Assembly: GCA_031200235.1 (NCBI GenBank)
Contig: CP133595.1
Span: 1,386,877 to 1,450,876, forward strand
Direction: 5' to 3'
DNA from: Cuniculiplasma divulgatum
GTDB taxonomy: Archaea > Thermoplasmatota > Thermoplasmata > Thermoplasmatales > Thermoplasmataceae
DNA: 64,000 nt
This document shows positions 30,362 through 39,782 of the stretch, one piece after another. Both the position numbers and the translations under genes were made by a program. Within the stretch, counting starts at the first letter, position 1. Each line of letters starts with the position of its first letter. The notes under the pieces are model-generated. The model was not told where the DNA came from. It did not search any database and saw only the letters and a list, made by a program, of their open reading frames with translations.

Positions 30362-30769
30362 TCACCTGTAGGACTTCTGCCTCTTTGCTCGGGCACCCTT
30401 TCCTGAGGGTTTCTTTGGCATCTTTCTCCTTATGTCATTCACAAGTAGGGTTCTATCGTACTGCCTGAACATCTCCTCGATCTTGTCATCCTTAAGGAAC
30501 TTCACTATGCCCTTCGCAATGGCAGTTCTTGAAGCATCGGCCTGGCCAGTCATTCCTCCTCCGGCAACCTTTACGTCTATGTTCACTTCATTGGCTCTCT
30601 CCCCTATTATGAGGAGGGGTTCCTCAATTTTCTGCCTGAGAATCTGAACCGGGTGGAATTCCACAGGATACCCGTTTATTGTCACCTGTCCGTTTCCTTT
30701 CCTGGTAACGGCCCTGGCTATGGCAGTTTTCCTCTTGCCCGAGGTTACTACTACGTTTTGTCCTTTCAT
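30362..30769 (-). CDS. rps9: 30S ribosomal protein S9 (uS9)
   Basis: GKRKTAIARA..GGGMTGQADA..KKPSGKGARAKRQKSYR. Start at ATG 30769, one nt after the L13 stop; alternative ATG at 30787. Confidence 0.93.
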   Translation of the reverse strand: MKGQNVVVTSGKRKTAIARAVTRKGNGQVTINGYPVEFHPVQILRQKIEEPLLIIGERANEVNIDVKVAGGGMTGQADASRTAIAKGIVKFLKDDKIEEMFRQYDRTLLVNDIRRKMPKKPSGKGARAKRQKSYR

Positions 30770-30770
30770 T

Positions 30771-31193
30771 TTAATACTTGCCTCCAAGTCTTTCTGCTAC
30801 CTTGCCAAGGGTAACGAAGCCACTGACCTTGGAATTCTTCACTTCCTCCACGGTTTCCATGTCCTTGCCGGCATATTCTTTCGGAACACTGCTGAATACA
30901 AAGCATCTCGAAAGTGCATCCTTTCCAGTAGTCTTCTTCTTGGGAAGCATATCTCCGATGGATCTCCTCAGGATCTGATTGGATGTCCTTGGATAGTAAG
31001 GACCCTTCCTCACGCTTCCAATATCCAGTCTTTCCCGGAATTTTTTCAGTACAAATTCTTCTGATCCGGTCACAGCAACATTTTTGGCATTTACAATGAC
31101 CACTTCCTCTCCCCTGAGCAGTTCCTTAGCCACATGGGCGGAAAGCCTGCCATAAATAAGGTTAGTTCCGTCTATAATCTTCAGCATTATCAC
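30771..31193 (-). CDS. rpl13: 50S ribosomal protein L13 (uL13)
   Basis: 140 aa. IIDGTNLIYGRLSAHVAKELLRGEEVVIVNA. Confidence 0.93.
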   Translation of the reverse strand: MIMLKIIDGTNLIYGRLSAHVAKELLRGEEVVIVNAKNVAVTGSEEFVLKKFRERLDIGSVRKGPYYPRTSNQILRRSIGDMLPKKKTTGKDALSRCFVFSSVPKEYAGKDMETVEEVKNSKVSGFVTLGKVAERLGGKY

Positions 31194-31558
31194 CCCACTA
31201 TCTTGATGCCTGTTCCTTTCGGATTCTCGTGGGCAACATCAACAAGACTCTTGAATTCTGCGCCTGAATCACTTAGCTTCTGGATTGCACCCCTTGACGC
31301 CTTGAGTGCTGCAATGGTGACCTTCCTTTCGAAATAACCCGATCCTAGAAGCGATCCGGGGACTACTATTATGTCGCCGTCATTGGCCAGTTTATCAATC
31401 TTTCCCACGTTTACGCTGGCATATGATCTTCTCCGGGAGTTGATTCTCTTGGCTACGTCTCTCCAGAACACTGAACTGTTTTCCCGTGAAACCTTCAGGA
31501 GTTCGTCCACAGTTTCCTTCAGGACAGTACTTTCTTTGTTATTAGATTTAATTGACAT
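31190..31558 (-). CDS. rpl18e: 50S ribosomal protein L18e
   Basis: 122 aa. SSVFWRDVAKRINSRRRSYASVNVGKI..IVVPGSLLGSG. ATGA-type overlap with L13. Confidence 0.9.
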   Translation of the reverse strand: MSIKSNNKESTVLKETVDELLKVSRENSSVFWRDVAKRINSRRRSYASVNVGKIDKLANDGDIIVVPGSLLGSGYFERKVTIAALKASRGAIQKLSDSGAEFKSLVDVAHENPKGTGIKIVG

Positions 31559-31629
31559 GGTATTCTACCGATACTCTCTCCGCATTGTGAATCCATAATA
31601 AAAGTTTTCTCAAGCTACCATCAATGGTA

Positions 31630-32355
31630 CTAAGAGTCGACTTCATTATTTTCGCTCCATGGTGCCAGTACGAATCTCAGAATTCCCATCAGTTTATAGA
31701 ATTCGGATTCAGTTATGGCGGATCTGGCCAGTATCCTCCTTATCATTATCAGGCTGTTCTGCATCTTGTAATCTGGATATCCGTATTTTCTCATTATTTC
31801 CTGTATCTTGCTGTTGATAAGTTCCATCTCTTCTCCAGTGGCAGGATCAGGTATGTTGGGGTCAGATTCCGGCAGATGCTTCAGCATTTCATACAGTATT
31901 ATGGATACTGCATGTGATAGATTGTACACAGGGTATTCCGGATTGCCCGGGATATGAATGAAGGCATTGCATATCTCGATCTCGGTGTTTCGCAATCCGT
32001 CTGCTTCCCTGCCAAATACAAGTGCTATCTTTTCTTTTCCCGGAGAATGTATGTTCCAGAAATCCCATGGAGTCACAGGGAGCCTCCTGAACTTCCTGTC
32101 GCTGAGCGTCTGTTCACTGGACGTGGCAGCAACAACAGTGCAGTCCGCAACCGATTCCCTGAATGAAGTGAATCTGCTTGCGGATAAGAGGATGTCCTTG
32201 CCGCCCATTGATCTTGCAAGGGCTTCATCATCTATTTCAGGGCCGTTCACTATACGCAGATCATGTAAACCAGCATTTCTGAGAAGTCTGGCCACTGCAC
32301 CAATATTGCCCTGAATTTCAGGTTCCACAAGCACAACGCAGACCATTTCTGACAT
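31630..32355 (-). CDS. SpoU/TrmH-family RNA 2'-O-methyltransferase (TrmJ-like)
   Basis: VVLVEPEIQGNIGAVARLLRNAG, LVFGREADGL, IPGNPEYPVYNLSHAV. Start uncertain (ATG 32355, 32346 or 32439). Confidence 0.8.
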   Translation of the reverse strand: MSEMVCVVLVEPEIQGNIGAVARLLRNAGLHDLRIVNGPEIDDEALARSMGGKDILLSASRFTSFRESVADCTVVAATSSEQTLSDRKFRRLPVTPWDFWNIHSPGKEKIALVFGREADGLRNTEIEICNAFIHIPGNPEYPVYNLSHAVSIILYEMLKHLPESDPNIPDPATGEEMELINSKIQEIMRKYGYPDYKMQNSLIMIRRILARSAITESEFYKLMGILRFVLAPWSENNEVDS

Positions 32356-32416
32356 CTGCTGGAGTGCTGTGGAAAAGTTATGGATAAAATTCTCTTTTTT
32401 TTCCTTGAGCTCAGAC

Positions 32417-33193
32417 TTACTCTGTGTTCTTCTGTTCAACCTTGGCCTCTTCCTGGTTTTTTTCTTCAGAAGCAGCCTCAGTAGGTTCAGCCGGCTTTTC
32501 CTCAGGCTTGGGTGTCTCTTCTCTCTTGTAACTCTCCCTTATCTCTATGTCCTTTCCAGGAATATATTTTCTAATATCTGAAACAAGCCTGAATTTGGCC
32601 TCAAGCCAGGCAACGTCAAATTTGGTCTTTTCAGGCACTGAAATGGAAATAACATCTCCGTTCTCCTCAACACTGAACTCGCCTGAATCCACATTGTAGT
32701 TATAATCTATGAGCGCACGGATCTTGTCGGGCACCTGATCCACAACGCCCAGTACAGTGTATTTGTAAAGGACTGGCTTTCCTGCCCACTGATGATTATA
32801 ATCAACAAGAACTCTTCCCGGTGTGACGGATATTACCTTACCTCGTCTCCCCCCTATGGATACTTCCTGTCCGGGTACCGGGTCAATCTTCTGCCTCTGG
32901 AATTCCCTCACCGTATGGACCTTTATGTTCTTGGGGTCCCTCAGGCCATAGGCATCCTCTGCCTTTATAGAAACCTCATACTCCTTTCCGGTTTCAGCCT
33001 GTTTCAGGGATTCGTTAACCTCCTTGAAGAGTACGTCTGATCCCACAATGAGCACTGTTTCCTTGTACTTTGTATTCTCATCATATATGCCATTGTCTTT
33101 AGCTAGCTGTTCGCTGTTCGTTGATACCAATTTCTTGTCTTCCCCAACGTACATCTCGAAGTTGATTCTGATAAAATCCCCGTCATTCATCAA
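32417..33193 (-). CDS. FKBP-type peptidyl-prolyl cis-trans isomerase (long archaeal type)
   Basis: 258 aa with FKBP core and insert-in-flap pattern (VLVDYNHQWAGKPVLY). Acidic and Lys-rich C-terminal tail. Confidence 0.75.
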   Translation of the reverse strand: MMNDGDFIRINFEMYVGEDKKLVSTNSEQLAKDNGIYDENTKYKETVLIVGSDVLFKEVNESLKQAETGKEYEVSIKAEDAYGLRDPKNIKVHTVREFQRQKIDPVPGQEVSIGGRRGKVISVTPGRVLVDYNHQWAGKPVLYKYTVLGVVDQVPDKIRALIDYNYNVDSGEFSVEENGDVISISVPEKTKFDVAWLEAKFRLVSDIRKYIPGKDIEIRESYKREETPKPEEKPAEPTEAASEEKNQEEAKVEQKNTE

Positions 33194-33264
33194 TTCTCAC
33201 CAAATGTTGGTAATGTGGCGGAGAGTAGAAAAATGTATTTATAAATATCGAAGTGAGGCGTCCT

Positions 33265-34947
33265 TCAGGATGTGATAACACCTGTTGAACCGTCCACATA
33301 AACATTTGTCCCGTCTTCAAGACTCTTCAGAAGCTTTGTGTTGTGTATGAAAGGTATGCCTGTTTCAGAGAGTTCCTCCTCACTGGCATGCCCGATGCTT
33401 TCAAGGAATATTATTCCGGCGAATTCCGCAAGATCCGAAATCCTGGCGCCCTTCATGTTCTCTGTAACGTATATATCTCCGGGACCGTCAAGTTTCCACG
33501 TCACGGTTCCCTTGAAGTTCTTCCCCGAGGGATACCCTCTTCCCATGAATTTGCCAATGGTGGCCACTCTCACATCGTTTGTGCCGCCAAAAAGGAAATA
33601 CGGTGCGCCGGAGGTAACGACCACGCGCTCTCCCTTCTTGAGGCCTGTCTTTTTCTCAACAGCAGACATGATATTCTCAAAGTTGGACAGGTCATTGCTT
33701 GAGCTCTCAATAAGCAGGGGAACAACTCCGGAATAGAGGCTCAGCTTATTTGCAAGGCCCCGCGCAGGAACTGCTGAAATAATTGGAACTCCCGGTCTCA
33801 CGGCAGATATCATCTTTGGAGTGTTTCCTGTCTTGGAGAATGTCACTATGGCGCTGGCCTCAATCTCGGATGCCACGATCTTGGATGCACGGGCAATGGA
33901 ATAGGCAACATGGTTTCCTAAAAATTCACGTGGTTCAGCGTAGTTGGAATTCCTGGATTCAACAAATTCTGCTATTTCATTGAGGTATCTCACTGCCAGA
34001 TCCGGATAGTCTCCAACGGCGCTTTCCTCCGATAGCATTACAGCATCCGTGTTGTCCAGAATCGCGTTGGTTACATCTGAAACCTCAGCTCTGGTGGGGC
34101 TGCTGGATTTTACCATGGATTCCAGCATCTGTGTGGCAACTATGGCAGGAACGCCGTGTTTGTGGGATTCTTCTATGATGTGCTTCTGGGCCATTGCAAC
34201 CTCCTTCAGTGGAAGCTCAACACCAAGGTCTCCCCTGGCAACCATCACAAAGTCTGATACACGGGATATTTCCTTTATGTTCACATATCCGCTCTTGGTT
34301 TCAATCTTCGATACGATTAACTGGTCTCCACCCCTTTCCGAGACCTCCTTCTGCAGCGTCATCACATCTTCCTTCCTCTGGACGAAGGACTGTGCGAAAA
34401 ATTCAACGCCTGCACTTATGCCCTCCTGCAGGAACTGCCTGTCCCGTTCTGTCAGCGTACCGAGAGGAAGAAACTTGCCCGGTATATTGACTCTGCTCCT
34501 GTCTCTGAGGTCCCCGTCATCCAGGGATTCAAGCTGAATGCTGGAAGAATTCTTAGAGAGTACTCTCATCCTGACTCTACCGTCACTTAACAGCAGTGTT
34601 TCTTTGGGCTCAAGCCCCTTTGCTATTTCCGGGTGACTCAGGGTTATGTCACCTTCAGAACCATTGAGGGTGAGGTTCAGTTTCTGGCCGGCCTTCACAA
34701 TCTTGTGCCCGTCTGGAAATTTGCCGGTTCTGAGTTCCGGTCCCTTGAGGTCAACCATGACCCCGACGTGCATCCCTGTCTTCCTGTTCAGTGATTCCAG
34801 CGTTTCCTTTACCTTTGCAATGTATCCCGCCTCAATATGGGCAGTATTGATCCTGATGCAAGAAAGTCCATAACGGTACATTTTTTCCAGCACATCTGTC
34901 TTGAAGCTGGAAGGGCCTATTGTGGCGACAATTTTCGTCCCTGCCAT
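33265..34947 (-). CDS. pyk: pyruvate kinase with C-terminal PEP-utiliser-like extension
   Basis: 560 aa. TKIVATIGPSS, MVARGDLGVELP, ATQMLESM. About 90 extra C-terminal residues. Confidence 0.92.
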   Translation of the reverse strand: MAGTKIVATIGPSSFKTDVLEKMYRYGLSCIRINTAHIEAGYIAKVKETLESLNRKTGMHVGVMVDLKGPELRTGKFPDGHKIVKAGQKLNLTLNGSEGDITLSHPEIAKGLEPKETLLLSDGRVRMRVLSKNSSSIQLESLDDGDLRDRSRVNIPGKFLPLGTLTERDRQFLQEGISAGVEFFAQSFVQRKEDVMTLQKEVSERGGDQLIVSKIETKSGYVNIKEISRVSDFVMVARGDLGVELPLKEVAMAQKHIIEESHKHGVPAIVATQMLESMVKSSSPTRAEVSDVTNAILDNTDAVMLSEESAVGDYPDLAVRYLNEIAEFVESRNSNYAEPREFLGNHVAYSIARASKIVASEIEASAIVTFSKTGNTPKMISAVRPGVPIISAVPARGLANKLSLYSGVVPLLIESSSNDLSNFENIMSAVEKKTGLKKGERVVVTSGAPYFLFGGTNDVRVATIGKFMGRGYPSGKNFKGTVTWKLDGPGDIYVTENMKGARISDLAEFAGIIFLESIGHASEEELSETGIPFIHNTKLLKSLEDGTNVYVDGSTGVITS

Positions 34948-35020
34948 TATTGAGAATTAACTTGAACTATATAACCGTGCAATTATCCTGCCGGCATCAT
35001 GGCAGAGGCATGGTGATTCG

Positions 35021-35734
35021 TCAAATATTATCCGTCAGGACCGATGTTCCTATGAGGAAACCAGCAAATGCAGATAGTTCAGCACTGTTAAGTAATGAAG
35101 AATCAAGGCCGCTTTCAAGGATAATGTCAACATGATGTTCCCGTAGGTAATCGTTCACAACTCTATCCTGGGGGTCCATTCTCAGGCTCCTGAGGTCGCG
35201 CCTGTTGTATCCATATACGACTCCATCCATGGGCTCTATTTCAGATAGAAACCGCAGATCGTGGAATTCAATCAGAACTTCCATCCCGTAGTTCCGTGCC
35301 GTACAGGCGAGCTCTTCCACCGCATGTGGAGGCAGAAAGTCCATTATGAGGAGAATGGCATCACTTCCAGCATTGTATGCATTCTCCACCATTACGGGGG
35401 TGGAAATAAAATCCTTGTCAAGAATGGGCAGATTGAATTCCTGGCATATGCTCAGATCCTCATAGGAACCATTAAAGTAATCAGGTTCAGTGAGAATGCT
35501 CATGCCTGCCGTTCTGGCATCAATTTTACTCCTGAAATAGTCATGTACAGAGGGGTACCTGTCATTCAGGAAACCCGACGGGGAGCGCCTTTTGAACTCC
35601 TTTATAATGCCAGGTTTTCCATGGGCCTTTATTCGATGGAGCTCTCCAATCAGGCTAATAGTGTCTCTTGTTCTGGAATATGGAAAGCGGGGTCTTCCCG
35701 GGTTGTCCATGTAGATTTTTTCAACAGTGTTCAT
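35021..35734 (-). CDS. trpC: indole-3-glycerol phosphate synthase
   Basis: 237 aa. IIKEFKRRSPSG, LTEPDYFNGS, and a C-terminal GFLIGTS motif. Confidence 0.88.
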   Translation of the reverse strand: MNTVEKIYMDNPGRPRFPYSRTRDTISLIGELHRIKAHGKPGIIKEFKRRSPSGFLNDRYPSVHDYFRSKIDARTAGMSILTEPDYFNGSYEDLSICQEFNLPILDKDFISTPVMVENAYNAGSDAILLIMDFLPPHAVEELACTARNYGMEVLIEFHDLRFLSEIEPMDGVVYGYNRRDLRSLRMDPQDRVVNDYLREHHVDIILESGLDSSLLNSAELSAFAGFLIGTSVLTDNI

Positions 35735-36294
35735 GCGGAAAGGAACTCCCTGATTATCATGTCTCCAAACTCAGAATAATGGCTTTCAGGGTGGAACTGC
35801 ACCCCATAAATTCTATCATCCTTTGAATGGAATGCCATTATTGTACCATCTGTTTCGGATACTGCATCCACGGTTATTGCGCTTGAGGGAGTTATGGCAA
35901 GTGAGTGGTATCTCACCGCGTGAAAGTCGCCGTTTATTGCCTTCAGGATTCCACCTCCCAGGTTAGAAATGGTGTCAACCTCGCCATGGTAAAGTCTGTC
36001 TGTCCTGTAAATTCCTGATCCCAGATGAAATCCGAGCAATTGGTGTCCAAAGCATATACCGAGGATCTTTTTGAATTTCGTTCTGGATATGAAATCAAGT
36101 GTGCTTCCGCGATCGCCGGGATTGAGCGGGTTTCCAGGACCGGGAGAAATCACCAGGAACTGGAATTTAGCAGCGTATGCCGGATCCGGAAGGCCGTCAT
36201 TTTCAAAAAGTTCAACTTCTGCCCCCAATCTCCTGATCATATCCACAATGTTGTAGACAAAAGAATCATGGTTGTCGATAACCATCACCTTCAT
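35731..36294 (-). CDS. trpG: anthranilate synthase component II (glutamine amidotransferase)
   Basis: 187 aa. IDNHDSFVYN, GICFGHQ, VQFHPES catalytic triad context. Confidence 0.92.
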   Translation of the reverse strand: MKVMVIDNHDSFVYNIVDMIRRLGAEVELFENDGLPDPAYAAKFQFLVISPGPGNPLNPGDRGSTLDFISRTKFKKILGICFGHQLLGFHLGSGIYRTDRLYHGEVDTISNLGGGILKAINGDFHAVRYHSLAITPSSAITVDAVSETDGTIMAFHSKDDRIYGVQFHPESHYSEFGDMIIREFLSA

Positions 36295-37481
36295 GATTTC
36301 ACTCCTGAAATTACTGTACCCGCCTTTGCAATGATCTCCTCAACTTCCCTTTCAGGGACAGAATCCTTAACGATTCCTGCACCTGCCTGCGTGTAGGTCA
36401 TATCATGCGTCCTGAACATCGTCCTTATGCCAAGAGCCATATCGGCACTGTCCAACCCCATGAGGCCAACAGATCCTGCATATCCTCCCCGGGGAACCTC
36501 CTCATGGCTGTCTATGATCTCTATGGCCCTCCTTTTTGGTGCACCGCTTACGGTTCCGGCAGGGAATATACTTAGAAGGACATCAAGTGGAGAGACTGTA
36601 TTTCTGAGTCTTGATTCCACCGTGCTCACAAGATGTATTACCGAAGAAAATTCCTCAGGAACCATGTCGCCTGTAACCTTTATGGTTCCGGGATCGCTGA
36701 TTCTGGAAAGATCGTTCCTAGCAAGGTCCACAAGCATCCTGTGCTCACAGAGCTCCTTTGTGTCAGCCAGCAACTCCAGTATACTTCCGTTTGAATTCAC
36801 TTCGCCAGGGGTCCTCTGCCTGGTTCCGGCTATTGGGTTTATGAGCGCGTGTTTCCCATCCTGCCTGTAAACATTCTCCGGGGAGCTTCCCACAACCTCC
36901 AGATCACCGAATTTATAATAATACACGTATCGGGATCTGTCATTGACAAGAAGATGCTTCAGAAGCCCGAAGCTGTCCACGGAATCAGGGATGCGGAACT
37001 GCTGGGAAATTACTGCCTGTAGAAGTTCCCCCTCCCTTATCCGATTTCGCACATCACCTATGGTTTCTCTGAGTATTCGCCTCTCTCTGTCATCAATCCT
37101 TGGCCTTGCACCCCCGATAACCGGAACACCGGAAGGTCTCTCAACCTTTCCTGTATGTACGGAATCTGGAACTATATATGAGAAATAAGGCCAACCGGAA
37201 GATTTCCTCAGGCTTATTCCAAAGACTTCCTCCACCATGTCGTATGAAAATATAACGGGAGCAAAATGAGGCGCATTCAGGATGGTGCTATTATGAAGTT
37301 CCTCCAGCATCTTCATGAACGTGCTGCCGGGTTTCCCCCTTCCGGATTCAGGTGCAGATGCCGTTGTTATCAGCACTTCTTCCCCGTGCAAACGGTTTTT
37401 ATCATTGAACCTGCACATATATGCAAAATCCGCATTTCCTGAAAGCAGATCAGGAATCTGTGTATATACGCTGCCTTTCAC
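36291..37481 (-). CDS. trpE: anthranilate synthase component I
   Basis: 396 aa. FPAGTVSGAPKRRAIEII, RGGYAGSVG, GAGIVKDS. Confidence 0.9.
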   Translation of the reverse strand: MKGSVYTQIPDLLSGNADFAYMCRFNDKNRLHGEEVLITTASAPESGRGKPGSTFMKMLEELHNSTILNAPHFAPVIFSYDMVEEVFGISLRKSSGWPYFSYIVPDSVHTGKVERPSGVPVIGGARPRIDDRERRILRETIGDVRNRIREGELLQAVISQQFRIPDSVDSFGLLKHLLVNDRSRYVYYYKFGDLEVVGSSPENVYRQDGKHALINPIAGTRQRTPGEVNSNGSILELLADTKELCEHRMLVDLARNDLSRISDPGTIKVTGDMVPEEFSSVIHLVSTVESRLRNTVSPLDVLLSIFPAGTVSGAPKRRAIEIIDSHEEVPRGGYAGSVGLMGLDSADMALGIRTMFRTHDMTYTQAGAGIVKDSVPEREVEEIIAKAGTVISGVKS

Positions 37482-38085
37482 GGCTCACCACCTCCATGAA
37501 TTTGTTTATAAGTTCGATATCCTTCTTTCCAGGATAAGATTCGATGGAACTGCTCACATCCAGAAATCCAGGATGCACTTCCATTATGGAGCTTACATTC
37601 TCAGGTGAAATTTTCCCAGCCAGACCAATTCTTTCGTGGAATTCTGGCAAGTCCTTTCCCTTTATAATTTCCGCAACTGGAACGCCTGTATCTATGAGGA
37701 CAAGATCGGCACCGCAACTGATGCGATCTCTGCCAATATTTACCGCAGAGATCACATCCCTTGTCCTCATTACTGATATGATCTTCTTTCCAGTCTTTTC
37801 TCTGACTCTTGAGATGTCATCGCACGTATGGTCGAAGTGAAGCTGAACATAGTCCTGCTGGCCATTATTCATCAGAACGCTTTCCATGTCAGTATGCACT
37901 GTGGCAACCACAGCTCCTGCATCTTTCAACCTTGGGACTAGATCCATAGTCCCTTTTCTTGGAGAGAGATCAGAAATCACCACCCCAAGTATGGCAGCTC
38001 CGGCCCTTAAAGCAGCAATACCGTCATCAATGTTGGTTATTCCGCATATTTTCACGAAAGGGGCACTGTCATGCAAATTCAACAA
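37450..38085 (-). CDS. trpF: phosphoribosylanthranilate isomerase
   Basis: FVKICGIT near the N-terminus. No in-frame ATG is nearby. Candidate TTG starts at 38085, 38082 or 38076 follow a GGAGGA motif (38086-38091) and overlap the trpD stop. Confidence 0.8.
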   Translation of the reverse strand: MLNLHDSAPFVKICGITNIDDGIAALRAGAAILGVVISDLSPRKGTMDLVPRLKDAGAVVATVHTDMESVLMNNGQQDYVQLHFDHTCDDISRVREKTGKKIISVMRTRDVISAVNIGRDRISCGADLVLIDTGVPVAEIIKGKDLPEFHERIGLAGKISPENVSSIMEVHPGFLDVSSSIESYPGKKDIELINKFMEVVSRERQRIYTDS

Positions 38086-39028
38086 TCCTCCTGAGGTGAG
38101 CGTATGCAGCACCTGAGAGAATGCATTCAAGAGCTTTGCTGTACGCGTCGTCAAGGCTGTAATAACCTCTTGCCGCAACAAGAGCTGGTGCTGCATTCAG
38201 GGCAATGAATTCGGCTGTGGCCCTCGATTTCCCGGAAAGCCCCTGAACAGTCATGGCAAATGATTTTTCAGGATCAGGTGATTCAATATGTTTTTCATCG
38301 GGACTGGTACTCAACAATTTTTCAGGTTCAATGGTGATTTTCCTGATTCCATTAGAATTCACGTGCAGTAGCACGGTTCCGGAAAAGGGTGAAACCTCAT
38401 CCATGCCGTCATCTGCGTGGAGTGAATACCCTGTCTTTCCTTCTGCCTGAATGAATTCGGCGTAAATTTTCTGGATATTGGTGTCCGCCGCCCCAAGCAC
38501 CACAGTTTCAGGATCTGCAGGGTTGGTGATGGGCCCCAGATAGTTAAAAACCGTCTTGCGGGCAACAATTTTCCTGGCTGCAGCAAATTTCGCAAAACTG
38601 TCGTTGTGAAGAGGAGCAAGCAGGAACGCGAAGTTCAGTGCACTTATTCTGTCCCTTAACCCATCTTCATTAAAGTTGAAATTATAGCCAAGGTACTTCA
38701 TGAAGTCAGCACTCCCTTTATGGTTTGAAGATCCAAAGTTGCCGTGTTTGACAACCGTGTGTCCCATTGCAGAAACAACAACCGAAGCTGCAGTGCTCAC
38801 GTTTATGGTGTTTTTCCCATCTCCTCCGGTTCCAACGATATCAATGGCACCGGATATACGTGGAAGAAAGGATCTTTCCCTTACAGCACGGGAGTAGCCT
38901 GAAATCTCATAACCGTCAATGAGCTCTGGAATCGCCTCACGCAGGAAATTTGCCTTTTCCTCGTCTGAAGAATTCTCAAGAAGGATTTTCAATCTGGCAT
39001 ACGCCGATGCCATTCGGTCATTGCTCAT
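38069..39028 (-). CDS. trpD: anthranilate phosphoribosyltransferase
   Basis: DIVGTGGDGKNTINVSTAA, KHGNFGSS. Start at the internal ATG 39028 (MSNDRMASAY). Confidence 0.9.
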   Translation of the reverse strand: MSNDRMASAYARLKILLENSSDEEKANFLREAIPELIDGYEISGYSRAVRERSFLPRISGAIDIVGTGGDGKNTINVSTAASVVVSAMGHTVVKHGNFGSSNHKGSADFMKYLGYNFNFNEDGLRDRISALNFAFLLAPLHNDSFAKFAAARKIVARKTVFNYLGPITNPADPETVVLGAADTNIQKIYAEFIQAEGKTGYSLHADDGMDEVSPFSGTVLLHVNSNGIRKITIEPEKLLSTSPDEKHIESPDPEKSFAMTVQGLSGKSRATAEFIALNAAPALVAARGYYSLDDAYSKALECILSGAAYAHLRRIVEFA

Positions 39029-39035
39029 CTTCCGT

Positions 39036-39782
39036 TCACCCCTTAACATGATCCTGAACCTCCCTGATCTGCTCCTGAAGCTCCACAAAATCATCAAGCC
39101 GGTTTTCCCTGACCATGGGGACAAGAAGTGTGCCTAAGGCCACTCCCTTTGAACCAAGATCCATGATTCTGCCTATCTGGTCCATTGACCGGATACCAAA
39201 GCCGAAATTCACTTCCCTGCCAGGCAAAAGCTCAATTATCCTTCTGGAAACCTCCTCAAGATCATATGGAATACGTATGCCTGTGGCCGGCTGAAGGCCG
39301 TAATAAATCCATGATTCTGTCATTCTACTGATCCGTTCTATGACTCCATCAGGTGTGGCTGGATTGAAGAACGGTATGAAATCAAGGCTTCCCTGTATCC
39401 GGGTTATGACATCTGATGCAATTGCACTATAGTCCACCAGCAGGTCGGGAACAATTACACCGGAAAAACCGGAATCACTGAGATGTGGAATAAAATCTGA
39501 TGACTGTCTTGCAAGATCTCTGTAATACGTGAGAAGATACGTTCGGACATTTTTTTTTCCAAGTATATCCGCATACTGTTCCAGATGGTCGCTTTGAAAA
39601 TTCTTCTCAGCAATTTCATGTGTTTCTTTTATTTCCGGTCCGTCGTATCTTGGATCAGATGAAGGGAATCCCACCTCAACATATTTTACAACTGCAGGGT
39701 CAACATTCTCTAGAAAGCCACACAGTGTTCCGTGATCCGGGAACGAAGATGTGAAATAAAGTATGGTTGAAGGGCTGTTCAT
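39036..39782 (-). CDS. trpA: tryptophan synthase alpha chain
   Basis: 248 aa. YVEVGFPSSDPRYDGPEI, and a GFGI loop near the C-terminus. ATGA overlap with trpB. Confidence 0.85.
   Translation of the reverse strand: MNSPSTILYFTSSFPDHGTLCGFLENVDPAVVKYVEVGFPSSDPRYDGPEIKETHEIAEKNFQSDHLEQYADILGKKNVRTYLLTYYRDLARQSSDFIPHLSDSGFSGVIVPDLLVDYSAIASDVITRIQGSLDFIPFFNPATPDGVIERISRMTESWIYYGLQPATGIRIPYDLEEVSRRIIELLPGREVNFGFGIRSMDQIGRIMDLGSKGVALGTLLVPMVRENRLDDFVELQEQIREVQDHVKG

Noticed and set aside
39550-39558. T9 homopolymer (A9 on the coding strand) inside trpA, and several A8 runs in the RHH gene, as possible slippage or phase-variation sites.
   Set aside because: All reading frames are intact, and Lys-rich coding explains the runs. 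There is no evidence of frameshifting.
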